The notes under the pieces: model-generated
The model's database searches: none
The model's input: only the letters and a program-made list of their open reading frames with translations
What the model was told of the DNA's origin: nothing
Source: a virus
DNA length: 64,000 nt
Strand: one strand, 5' to 3'
Virus record (IMG/VR): IMGVR_UViG_3300021379_000006
Span: 1-64,000 of that record
Shown: piece after piece, positions 1-8,841 of the stretch
Layout of the letters: each line of letters begins with the position of its first letter
Numbering within the stretch: the stretch's first letter is position 1
Position numbers and translations under genes: made by a program

Positions 1-97
1 TCAATTTAATTTAACCTACAAACCTAATTGGTTTCATCGTACTATGATGAGATTGTGTTTTGGATATAAATGGACAAACCTTTAACACCAAAGAGAA

Positions 98-328
98 ATG
101 AAAACACCAATGCAAGAGTTGATTGAGATAATCAAGAAGCGTCAAGAAGATGATGATGCAATGCCTTTTATGTACAATGATAGGATAATTGAGTTGGCAG
201 AATCACTACTTGAGAAAGAGAAAAAGCAGATTATGGATGCATATATGGAAGGCGGAGATTGGGAATCATTACCTCAACCACGATTTGATAATTACTACAA
301 CATAACCCTTAACACCAAAGAAAAATGA
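98..328 (+). CDS. Hypothetical phage protein
   Basis: 76-aa ORF; MKTPMQELIE...LEKEKKQIMDAY pattern typical of small Bacteroidota-phage proteins. Confidence 0.6.
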   Translation: MKTPMQELIEIIKKRQEDDDAMPFMYNDRIIELAESLLEKEKKQIMDAYMEGGDWESLPQPRFDNYYNITLNTKEK

Positions 329-403
329 TAGAGTTTAAATGGATGATAGTGATACTAACTCTTGTAGTTAGTGTATTGTTTATCTACCTAACTGGAAAAG
401 AGA

Positions 404-568
404 ATGAGTGAAAACCTCAACATAGCCTGGTGGCATGAGAAGCTAATGCTTTGTGCTTTGAAAAGGTATAAGACACAAGAAGAAGCTGCAGATGCTTTGG
501 GTATTAGTAGTAGAACACTTATTAGAATGAAAAAGGATTATAATGAAAGACATAATACAACTTTGTAA
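404..568 (+). CDS. Small Fis-like helix-turn-helix protein (54 aa, not in ORF track)
   Basis: Manual translation MSENLNIAWWHEKLMLCALKRYKTQEEAADALGISSRTLIRMKKDYNERHNTTL; TQEEAADALGISSRTL fits an HTH pattern. Confidence 0.65.
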   Translation: MSENLNIAWWHEKLMLCALKRYKTQEEAADALGISSRTLIRMKKDYNERHNTTL

Positions 569-585
569 AAGAGATTTAGAAGATT

Positions 586-846
586 ATGGTATTGAACAAG
601 ATTAAACTTTTGTTTTTGGTTTTACTAAGCAGTTGCGTTAGTAGTACTTATGTACAGCAATCTGATATTGCTATATCATCATGGGATGAGACCATTGTTT
701 TTATACAGGAAACAGAACTTGGTAAACAATTATATAATAACTGGACGAGTGGATATTGGGGTGATAGCACCATAGTAATTCTACTAGACAGTACAGAATT
801 CATTAAGCTATATGAAAAATCATATACATCTAGACGCAGTAATTAA
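586..846 (+). CDS. Putative lipoprotein
   Basis: Basic N-terminus, hydrophobic stretch and lipobox-like LLSSC. Confidence 0.5.
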   Translation: MVLNKIKLLFLVLLSSCVSSTYVQQSDIAISSWDETIVFIQETELGKQLYNNWTSGYWGDSTIVILLDSTEFIKLYEKSYTSRRSN

Positions 847-1198
847 AGATGGTACGTTCAGTTACCCTATAAAGGCTAATGAATCTAGATTAAAAAACTT
901 CTTAGCTAATGCACCAGAAGGTGCAAAAGTTGAGATGTTTATCAGTATATCTGATGAAAAGAAAGGTAGCAATGCTCAGCTGGCAAGAATTCATGCTATG
1001 TGCAGGGAGATTGCAAATGAGTTAGGTTATACATTTGAGGAGGTAAAACTCCAAGTTAAAAGACAAGCAGGACTCTGTTTTATGAAAAATAATTCAGAGT
1101 ACTGCAAGTCTTTTGCTGCATGTGACAGGGCAGAGTTAAATCTTGCTATACAAGCATGTATAGAAATAGGAGACTTTAGTAATATGAACCTAAGATGA
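812..1198 (+). CDS. NinB/YbcN-like recombination accessory protein (putative)
   Basis: SNAQLARIHAMCREIANELGYTFEEVK resembles the NinB/Orf core. Confidence 0.45.
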   Translation: MKNHIHLDAVIKDGTFSYPIKANESRLKNFLANAPEGAKVEMFISISDEKKGSNAQLARIHAMCREIANELGYTFEEVKLQVKRQAGLCFMKNNSEYCKSFAACDRAELNLAIQACIEIGDFSNMNLR

Positions 1199-1612
1199 TT
1201 TAGGTGTCATAAGAGATTCTATTTTTTTCAGTTTTTCTTCAGCAGAAGAGTCATCATTCATGACTGCCTTCATATATGCAGTAACATCTTCTTTTGTTAC
1301 TTTAGATTCAACTGGAATCTCAAGGTTTTGTTCTCTTGCTTTTGCTTTTAGCAATTGCTGAAGAGCAAACAATGTATAGAGTTGTCTCTCTATGTAATCT
1401 AATTCAATTGGATTTTCTTCAGTGTCTTCTCCCTTTATGATACCCTCAAATTTTTTAAAGGTAACAGGTAGTGTAGAAGGATCCTCAACAATATTAGCAA
1501 CATAATACATTAAAATTGCATCTAGACCAAGTATAAAACTAGTATTGATTTCAATATCTTTGATGTTCTTGGTTAGATCATAAGTGTGTGTTGCTTCTAA
1601 GTAATCAGCCAT
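1190..1612 (-). CDS. Hypothetical protein, lone minus-strand gene in the replication block
   Basis: 140-aa acidic ORF with its own TATATTTG box upstream. Confidence 0.7.
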   Translation of the reverse strand: MADYLEATHTYDLTKNIKDIEINTSFILGLDAILMYYVANIVEDPSTLPVTFKKFEGIIKGEDTEENPIELDYIERQLYTLFALQQLLKAKAREQNLEIPVESKVTKEDVTAYMKAVMNDDSSAEEKLKKIESLMTPKSS

Positions 1613-1630
1613 AACGTATCATTTAATAAA

Positions 1631-1638
1631 CAAATATA
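1631..1638 (-). promoter_or_regulatory. Bacteroidota sigma70 -7 promoter element
   Basis: caaatata is TATATTTG on the minus strand (TAnnTTTG consensus), about 20 nt upstream of the ATG at 1612. Confidence 0.6.
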
Positions 1639-1656
1639 ATAAAAATTGTATCATTA

Positions 1657-2352
1657 ATGAAAACAGTCATTATACCGGATAAAATAGAAGCCTTAAAAGA
1701 AAAATTAAAAGGTACAGGATGGGAACCTACTATATATCCATATTTAGATTCAGAAAGCTTTTACAACACACTAAAAAAGCTAGTAGATTTTGTTCAGGAT
1801 GGACAAAGATTTACACCAAAGATGAAAGATTGGTTTAGAACATTTGAAGTTTGTCCCTATGATAAACTTAATGTTGTGTTTATTGGACAAGATCCATATC
1901 CACAAATTGATGTTGCTGATGGTGTCTCCTTTAGTTGTAGTTACACAATGAAAGAACAACCATCTCTTAGACATATCTTCAATTCGTTAGAGAAGCAGTA
2001 TCCAGGATATGAACGTAATCCAGATCTCACTAGATGGTCAGAACAAGGTGTTCTTATGCTTAATACTGCACTAACTGTAGAAATAAACAAGATTGGATCG
2101 CATTATTCTTTATGGGATACCTTCACTAAGGGATTATTAAACTCCTTAAATAACAATAAAGATAATTTGATTGTTGTATTACTTGGTAAGAAAGCACAAC
2201 AATGGGCTAAGTTCCTTACAAATCACACTATAATAGAAGTTGAGCATCCAGCAGCAGCTGCTTATAAAGGTGGTGTATGGAATGATCAAAACTTATTTAT
2301 CAGAATCAATGACATGCTCAAAGAGCAAAATAAATCCTTGATTAACTGGTAG
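1657..2352 (+). CDS. ung: Uracil-DNA glycosylase, family 1
   Basis: GQDPYP catalytic motif, QGVLMLN, HP motif, ends in INW. Confidence 0.95.
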   Translation: MKTVIIPDKIEALKEKLKGTGWEPTIYPYLDSESFYNTLKKLVDFVQDGQRFTPKMKDWFRTFEVCPYDKLNVVFIGQDPYPQIDVADGVSFSCSYTMKEQPSLRHIFNSLEKQYPGYERNPDLTRWSEQGVLMLNTALTVEINKIGSHYSLWDTFTKGLLNSLNNNKDNLIVVLLGKKAQQWAKFLTNHTIIEVEHPAAAAYKGGVWNDQNLFIRINDMLKEQNKSLINW

Positions 2353-2368
2353 AAATTAATTATCTTTG
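2337..2368 (+). promoter_or_regulatory. Bacteroidota-type promoter
   Basis: TATCTTTG at 2361-2368 with cTTG about 20 nt upstream; precedes the replication operon. Confidence 0.6.
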
Positions 2369-2389
2369 TTAATATTCAATAAGAAATAA

Positions 2390-2911
2390 ATGACTGATAA
2401 TCAAGAACTTGATATACTACAAGAGGTAAGAAACTTCAAGATGAAGTTGAATAACAAGTACGGTATAGATATCCATGTATTTATAAAAAATGACACAGAA
2501 AGATTATCTTTAGAAGCAATAGAAGCAGCTTGTGTTAGAGTATTTAATAAATCATTTCCGTTGCTTGATAATGTAGATACTATATCAGGTAGAACAAGGG
2601 TAAGGCAGTTTGTAATGCTTAGACAAATCTTTTGTTATATTGCTGTAAATGAATACTCTTATGGTAAATCAGAGACAGGAAGATATATGTTAAGAGATCA
2701 TGCTACTGTTATTCACTCTATAAAAGCTTGCAATAACTATATGTTCCAAAATCATAGAGAGTTTATGGATACTATGATGAGCGTTAAACAAGAACTACAA
2801 AAATATGTGGGAAATATTTCAAAAGATAACGCAGGAGAAAATAACTCCGAATCAGATGCTGTTGTTGTACAGCATGAAAGAGAAGACTTCAGTACCCATA
2901 CTAAAGACTGA
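2390..2911 (+). CDS. DnaA C-terminal (domain IV) HTH-like protein
   Basis: RTRVRQFVMLRQIFCY...ETGRYMLRDHATVIHS matches the DnaA domain IV signature (RQ...RDHxTV). Confidence 0.8.
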   Translation: MTDNQELDILQEVRNFKMKLNNKYGIDIHVFIKNDTERLSLEAIEAACVRVFNKSFPLLDNVDTISGRTRVRQFVMLRQIFCYIAVNEYSYGKSETGRYMLRDHATVIHSIKACNNYMFQNHREFMDTMMSVKQELQKYVGNISKDNAGENNSESDAVVVQHEREDFSTHTKD

Positions 2912-3398
2912 TCTTGAAATACCTAGTTTAGTAACAGAAGGATTCCTTACAAAGAGTGAATCTACATATACATTAACTGATAAGGCAAAGAAGCTTATCA
3001 CTAAACTGGATAACTATTTTGTTAAGGCTAAAAAGAAAACCAACATTCAATTGATGGGTAAAGATTACAGCCAAATGGTTGATCAGTATAGAACTATATT
3101 TCCTGCTGGTAAATTACCGTCAGGAAAACCTGCAAGACAAAATGTAAAAGCATTGGGTGAATCATTTAGATGGTTCTTTGAGACTTATGATCATGATTGG
3201 GAAACTATTATTAAAGCAACCAAGATGTATGTGAATGAGTATAGAGCTAAAGATTATTTATATATGATGACAAGTCAATACTTTATCTCAAAACAAGATA
3301 AGAACAAAGTGAAACACAGTGGGCTTGCAGATTATTGTGACATGATTAAAGATGGTGTTCAAACAGAAACCCATCACTTTAAAGAGAAAGTTGTATGA
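2805..3398 (+). CDS. Hypothetical protein, possible replication initiator or helicase loader
   Basis: 197 aa, wHTH-like N-terminus, ATGA-coupled to the helicase. Confidence 0.45.
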   Translation: MWEIFQKITQEKITPNQMLLLYSMKEKTSVPILKTDLEIPSLVTEGFLTKSESTYTLTDKAKKLITKLDNYFVKAKKKTNIQLMGKDYSQMVDQYRTIFPAGKLPSGKPARQNVKALGESFRWFFETYDHDWETIIKATKMYVNEYRAKDYLYMMTSQYFISKQDKNKVKHSGLADYCDMIKDGVQTETHHFKEKVV

Positions 3399-4351
3399 GT
3401 AAATCAGAAGAAGCATGGGTTGGGCAGTATGCTGCCTTTAATGATGCCCTTAAATACATGGTTAAACGCGCCAATGGTGAAGAAAAGTCAATCTATACAC
3501 CATGGCCTAAGTTTAATGATGCATGTACTGATGGTTTAGAATGGAATACACTTACTGTTATTGGTGGAAGACCTGGTTCTGGTAAGACTTTGATTAAAGA
3601 TCAAATTATTAGAGAATCATTTACTCTTAATCCTAATGATGACTTTAGAGTCCTTGAGTTTCAATTTGAGATGGTTGGTAGAACCTCAGCATTGCGTGAG
3701 TTCTCATCTATCACAGGTAAAACCTATAAAGAATTATGTAGTGCAGGTAGTGTGTTAACTACTGATGTATTAAATACATGTCACCAGTATGCTAAAGAAC
3801 GTGTAAAGTATCCAGTTGATATCATATCAAGACCTATGACTGTTAATCAAATGCGTGAGCAGATTGATAAGTATATGGACTTGCATAAAGGTAAAAAGAC
3901 TATTATCACACTGGATCATACGATGCTTGTTAAGAGAGCGCCTTACCAAAATAATACATTAGATATGTTATTTGAATTAGGTGAATTCTTTACACAATGT
4001 AAAAGGGATTACCCTTGCATGTTTATAGCATTATCACAGCTTAATAGAAATATTGATAATCCAGAACGTGCACAACAAGGTAAGTACGGTAACTATATTC
4101 TTGAATCAGATATATTTGGATCAGATGCAATGTTGCAACATGCTGATACTCTAATAGGTATTAACAGGCCAGCAAAGCAGAAGATTAGACTATACGGTCC
4201 AGATAGATACATCATAGAAGATGATAGAACATTAGTATTGCACTTCCTTAAAGCTCGTAATGGTGATACAAGAATGAGTTTCTTTAAAGCTATGTTTGAG
4301 CGTATGGAAATTATGGAGATGAATACTCCAGCAACAGAAGCACCAAGATGA
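3395..4351 (+). CDS. dnaB: DnaB-like replicative helicase
   Basis: Walker A GGRPGSGKT, FEM, LSQLNR, KARNG motifs. Confidence 0.92.
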   Translation: MSKSEEAWVGQYAAFNDALKYMVKRANGEEKSIYTPWPKFNDACTDGLEWNTLTVIGGRPGSGKTLIKDQIIRESFTLNPNDDFRVLEFQFEMVGRTSALREFSSITGKTYKELCSAGSVLTTDVLNTCHQYAKERVKYPVDIISRPMTVNQMREQIDKYMDLHKGKKTIITLDHTMLVKRAPYQNNTLDMLFELGEFFTQCKRDYPCMFIALSQLNRNIDNPERAQQGKYGNYILESDIFGSDAMLQHADTLIGINRPAKQKIRLYGPDRYIIEDDRTLVLHFLKARNGDTRMSFFKAMFERMEIMEMNTPATEAPR

Positions 4352-4887
4352 TAACAACAAAACATTATGAAGTAAAATCTTTTAAAATGACTCCCGAAGA
4401 AAGAAAAAAGAAAGTAAATGAGTTGAGACAACAGCATGAGGATTATTTTAATTCTAATGAGTTGTCTGATGCTGCTTATATACCTAAGATGGCGTATAGA
4501 CCACCAGGTAAAGATGATTTGCATATTAGTTTTTTCCCAAGTGAGCTAGAAAGAAATGGAGACATCTACACAGAATTTGTAAGCATTGACTATAATGCTG
4601 AAGATCCTAAAAGAACTCTGTATCTTTATAGATATAACCCGCATTGGAAAGATGAGTATGAGTTAGTTGAAAGTAGTAGTGGTTTTCAAAGACACCTTGT
4701 TCCTGTATCAGAACTTAAAGTTGTAAGTGATGCAGTAGCAAGACATGGGAAAAATACTATTTTTGAAAGCTTAGATGATATTGCAAATCTTCCAAACCCT
4801 GATGAAACCTTTTCACCAAGAGGTATGGTAGAAGCACTTAATAGAATAGCAGACGTATTAGAAAAAATAGAAAATAAATTAAAGTAG
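4348..4887 (+). CDS. Hypothetical protein
   Basis: 179-aa ORF coupled between the helicase and the ATPase. Confidence 0.7.
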   Translation: MITTKHYEVKSFKMTPEERKKKVNELRQQHEDYFNSNELSDAAYIPKMAYRPPGKDDLHISFFPSELERNGDIYTEFVSIDYNAEDPKRTLYLYRYNPHWKDEYELVESSSGFQRHLVPVSELKVVSDAVARHGKNTIFESLDDIANLPNPDETFSPRGMVEALNRIADVLEKIENKLK

Positions 4888-5574
4888 ATGGCACAAAGTG
4901 TTTTAGTAATTGCTGAGTCAGGCTCAGGTAAATCAACGTCCATTAGGAATCTTGATCCTAAAGAGACAGTAATCATTAATATTGCTAATAAACCTTTACC
5001 TTTTAGAGGTTGGAAAAGCAAATACACTCCTTTGGATAAAGCAAATCCAGGTGGTAATTTGATCAGTGTATCAAGTGGTCCAGGAGTTTATAAAGCCATG
5101 CAGCATGTAAGTGAAAAGATGCCGCATATCAAGAACTTAGTTATTGATGATTGGCAATACATGTCAAGCTTTGAGTACTTTGATAAAGCTACTGAGAAAG
5201 GCTATGATAAATTTACACAGATAGCTGCTAATCTTGCTCAGGTTGCTAAGCTTCCTAAAGACCTGAGAGATGATCTTTATGTTTTCTTCTTGACACACTC
5301 AGAAGAATCTACAGATATCAATGGTCATCGTAAGATTAAAGCTAAAACAGTGGGTAAGATGATTGATAATGCTCTTACTCTAGAAGGACTATTCTCAATT
5401 GTACTATTTGGTAAAGTCCGTAAAGAAGATGATGGTAGTCTACACTATGGTTTTGAAACACAAAACAATGGTGAGAATACTTGTAAGTCACCAATGGATA
5501 TGTTTGACAGTGAATTTATACCAAATGATCTGCAATATGTCAAAGATGCAATCTATGCATACGAAAATGAATAA
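4888..5574 (+). CDS. Sak4-like / AAA_24 ATPase (ssDNA-annealing recombinase)
   Basis: ESGSGKSTS Walker A, LVIDD Walker B, KTVGKMID and CKSPMDMF; adjacent to the SSB. Confidence 0.8.
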   Translation: MAQSVLVIAESGSGKSTSIRNLDPKETVIINIANKPLPFRGWKSKYTPLDKANPGGNLISVSSGPGVYKAMQHVSEKMPHIKNLVIDDWQYMSSFEYFDKATEKGYDKFTQIAANLAQVAKLPKDLRDDLYVFFLTHSEESTDINGHRKIKAKTVGKMIDNALTLEGLFSIVLFGKVRKEDDGSLHYGFETQNNGENTCKSPMDMFDSEFIPNDLQYVKDAIYAYENE

Positions 5575-5600
5575 TAAGTCTAATTTAAAATCAACAAGAA

Positions 5601-6284
5601 ATGTTAAGTACTAAAGACATGTCAGCCGGTAGCGGCAAAGTAAAACCAGTTATTGATGCAGGTAATCAAGAACTAAAGATTAACTCTATTACATTACACA
5701 CTCCTCCTTATGATCAAAATGCTTATGATCTACACTTGAACGTAGAATCTAAGCCGGTTGGTGGAGAGTTTGAAGGTTTTCTTCATGACATGAATAATCC
5801 TAATGGACCACGTTATGAAGGTCAAGTAGGTAGAGTATCTTTCCAACGTTATGCTTTTGCTGATACCACATTACCAAGTGGTAGAGAAATTAACCGTGAT
5901 GCAGAGATCATGAAATCTTTGATTTTCTTGGCAGAACAACAAAATAAGCGTAGTGAACTAGATTCTATTCAAGCTCAAACAATTGAAGAGTTTGTATCAT
6001 CTGCAAGTGCTATCTTGAGTGGTGATACATATTACAACTTCTGTATTGCAGGACGTGAGTGGGAAAACAAAGATGGTTACATTAACCTACAATTGTTCTT
6101 ACCTAAGCGTACTGGAGCAGGTGTTCCATTTGAAAGAGTAGATGTAGAAAACTCTAATATGGTTACATTCAATAGAGATGAGCATATCATCCCTGTAAAG
6201 AATAGAACACAAGCTGCACCAAGCAGCAACGGAAGCTTTGAGCCTGTAGCGGGTACAGTTTCTGGAGATGATTTTGATCTTTAA
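5601..6284 (+). CDS. Putative single-stranded DNA-binding protein
   Basis: Lies between recombinase and primase; flexible tail ending in acidic-hydrophobic GDDFDL. Confidence 0.55.
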   Translation: MLSTKDMSAGSGKVKPVIDAGNQELKINSITLHTPPYDQNAYDLHLNVESKPVGGEFEGFLHDMNNPNGPRYEGQVGRVSFQRYAFADTTLPSGREINRDAEIMKSLIFLAEQQNKRSELDSIQAQTIEEFVSSASAILSGDTYYNFCIAGREWENKDGYINLQLFLPKRTGAGVPFERVDVENSNMVTFNRDEHIIPVKNRTQAAPSSNGSFEPVAGTVSGDDFDL

Positions 6285-6292
6285 TTAAATAT

Positions 6293-6318
6293 GGGGAGGG
6301 CTATGGCTCTCCCCTTTT
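6293..6318 (+). terminator. Intrinsic terminator
   Basis: GGGGAGGGC-TATG-GCTCTCCCC followed by TTTT. Confidence 0.75.
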
Positions 6319-6321
6319 ATT

Positions 6322-7299
6322 ATGTTCAGTACTAAGAATTTTGTAATAAAAATAGATGATATACCAAGTTACTGGGTGTTCCAATATTATTTGGACTTAC
6401 CAGAAAAGCTAACTGGACAAGATGTAAAAATTAAATCAATCTTTAATCCCACAGAGAGAACTCCAAGCTTTGTTATTTATGTAGATACAAGAATAAAGCA
6501 ATATAAATTTAAAGATTTTTCTACTGGGGTATCTGGTAGTAAGGTTGACCTTATACAAAAGATGTATAATCTTAATTATACTCAGGCCATAAATAAAATC
6601 ATTGAAGACTACAATGAATATGTTAAGAATGGTGAGGTTGAACTTATTACATTAAAACCAAGTGCTAAGTGGTCCATTGATCATGTTCAAACAAGAGAGT
6701 GGAATAACTCAGATGCACAGTATTGGTTGTCATTTAGAATTGGTTCCAGTATGCTTAATGAGTATAATGTAAAGCCAATTGACTATTTCACTATGATTAA
6801 AGATGAAGATGGTCAGATAAATAAAGCTAAGTTTAGGAAACCTATGGCGTATGGTTACTTTAATAAAGATGGAGACGTCATTAAAATGTACCAGCCACAT
6901 GATGATAAACATAAGTTTTATAATATCACCAGCTATCTTCAGGGCTATGACCAATTACAATATAATCAACCCTATCTGGTAATTTGCTCCTCACTTAAAG
7001 ACGCAATGTGCCTGAAAGGATTTGGTTATAATATAGAAGTCTTAGCTCCAAGTAGTGAGAATACATTAATCAAACCTTACATCATTAACAACTTAAAGAG
7101 TAAATACAAAAAGATCATAACTCTATTTGATAATGATGAAGCTGGTAACAAAGCCATTGAAAGATATGCAAACACATATAATATTCAAGGATGTGCCCTA
7201 TCTATATGCAAAGACATATCAGATGCAGTGCAAACTCACGGCTTTGAAACAGTTCATAAGGAACTAAAACCCTTACTAAGGGAAACATTAAATAAGTAA
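6322..7299 (+). CDS. DNA primase (TOPRIM), crAss-like
   Basis: N-terminal SIFNPTERTPSF...FKDFSTG; TOPRIM DxD in LFDNDEAG; KDISD. Confidence 0.85.
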   Translation: MFSTKNFVIKIDDIPSYWVFQYYLDLPEKLTGQDVKIKSIFNPTERTPSFVIYVDTRIKQYKFKDFSTGVSGSKVDLIQKMYNLNYTQAINKIIEDYNEYVKNGEVELITLKPSAKWSIDHVQTREWNNSDAQYWLSFRIGSSMLNEYNVKPIDYFTMIKDEDGQINKAKFRKPMAYGYFNKDGDVIKMYQPHDDKHKFYNITSYLQGYDQLQYNQPYLVICSSLKDAMCLKGFGYNIEVLAPSSENTLIKPYIINNLKSKYKKIITLFDNDEAGNKAIERYANTYNIQGCALSICKDISDAVQTHGFETVHKELKPLLRETLNK

Positions 7300-7300
7300 T

Positions 7301-7765
7301 ATGAAGTGGTTTATACCCGGCAATGTACCAAGCTCAAAAAATGGGCGCAGATGGACAGGTAAGTATTTTATAGCAAGTAAGACTGTTGTAAACTACCGTA
7401 AGAATACAAAAGAGTATTATCAGAAATATGCTCCTGAGTTTCAAAAGGAACTTAAGAAGTATAAACTTCCTGTCAAGATTGGCTTTACATTTATTAGGGG
7501 AACCCGTCATAAGTTTGATTATATCAATCCAGCACAAACTGTGCAAGATGATATGGTTAAACATGAGTGGATTGTTGATGACAATGCTGAAAATATAATA
7601 CCTGTATTTAATCAGTATGAATATGACAAAGGCAATCCTGGTGTTTATATAGAGATTTTAAAAGAAAACAAAAAGAAAAATGGAACACAAAAGCGAAGCA
7701 CAGCAAAGTCTAAGACGGGTCCTAACACTAACAAAACTAAAGGATCTGGGGGTAGAAAGAGTTGA
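7301..7765 (+). CDS. RusA-like Holliday junction resolvase (putative)
   Basis: VPSSKN and FDYINPAQTVQDDM...IVDDN acidic pattern. Confidence 0.65.
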   Translation: MKWFIPGNVPSSKNGRRWTGKYFIASKTVVNYRKNTKEYYQKYAPEFQKELKKYKLPVKIGFTFIRGTRHKFDYINPAQTVQDDMVKHEWIVDDNAENIIPVFNQYEYDKGNPGVYIEILKENKKKNGTQKRSTAKSKTGPNTNKTKGSGGRKS

Positions 7766-8060
7766 GATTAATTTCTCTGGATCTGGTGATAGCGGTGACA
7801 TAGATGAAGTACTATGTCTAGTAAAAGAATCTGAAGATATTACCAATTCTATAGAGAATTTTAAGCCTATAGAAAATGCATTAGCTGATTGGGCCTATGA
7901 TATTATTGGAAGGAAAGTAAATACAGTAGGTGATTGGGTTAACAATGAAGGCGGTTATGGTACTATTATGATAGATGTCTATGATAAAAACTATACATTA
8001 AACTATCATCAACGTACAACAGAAGATTATGATTGGTCTGATGAAATGCTTTTTGTATAA
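7680..8060 (+). CDS. DUF6878-like protein
   Basis: FSGSGDSGDI and WVNNEGGYG motifs. Confidence 0.65.
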   Translation: MEHKSEAQQSLRRVLTLTKLKDLGVERVEINFSGSGDSGDIDEVLCLVKESEDITNSIENFKPIENALADWAYDIIGRKVNTVGDWVNNEGGYGTIMIDVYDKNYTLNYHQRTTEDYDWSDEMLFV

Positions 8061-8407
8061 TGGCTCATCCAGAAGTTCACTCTAAAAGTTCAGTTAGAAA
8101 ATGGGGAGGACAAGTTGAAGACTATTCAGCTATTCATGATTGGTTTGATGAAACCAAGAGTTGGGTAGGTCATAGTATTCATAGAATGTTCCGTCATCAT
8201 TCTGAAGGAATTTTTCAAGCAGAAAAAATATTTGGTAAGAGTTTTACTAATTCAGATGGTAAAACTGTATATACAAGATATGTTGGAGAACAACATGTAA
8301 AGGAAGATTGCAATGGGTATATCCCTACAGCAAAAGAGTGGTTGGTTCATATGAACAAAGAAAACAAACCACATTGGATGATTAAAACTTTAAAGATAGA
8401 AGACTAA
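8060..8407 (+). CDS. DUF6915-like His-rich protein
   Basis: AHPxxHxxSSVRKWGG...IHDWFD...HRMFRHH...GEQHVKED. Confidence 0.7.
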   Translation: MAHPEVHSKSSVRKWGGQVEDYSAIHDWFDETKSWVGHSIHRMFRHHSEGIFQAEKIFGKSFTNSDGKTVYTRYVGEQHVKEDCNGYIPTAKEWLVHMNKENKPHWMIKTLKIED

Positions 8408-8841
8408 TGGAAACAACAACTCAATTATCAGTTCCAGATTTCATGAATCTAAAAAGAATGCTAAACTCTACAACGGAAGATTATAGCATTGCTATTGAGA
8501 ATATAAAGAACCTTGAATTAGAAGGAATCTATATTTTATTATTGGCTAAAGCATCTGGTGTTTCTGTGAGAAATGAAATGCTAGAGGAATTTAAAGATAT
8601 ATTTATTGGTGATCCTTATACATCATTTGTAAAAACAGTTAGTAGATATTGGGGAGGAGATATGCAAGTACATGATCTTAGCTATGATAATATACATAAA
8701 TGCATTTCTAATAACTTTTCAAATGATATTTCTTTAAGACAAGTATTTGAATTACAATTTACAAATGAGTTAAAGTCTGATATACTTACTGCAATTAATT
8801 ATTCTTTTTTAGATGATATTAATATTAAAGTCAAATGGTAA
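8407..8841 (+). CDS. Hypothetical helical protein sharing a motif with 11273 and 12322
   Basis: FMNLKRMLNSTTEDYSIAIENIKN. Confidence 0.65.
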   Translation: METTTQLSVPDFMNLKRMLNSTTEDYSIAIENIKNLELEGIYILLLAKASGVSVRNEMLEEFKDIFIGDPYTSFVKTVSRYWGGDMQVHDLSYDNIHKCISNNFSNDISLRQVFELQFTNELKSDILTAINYSFLDDINIKVKW

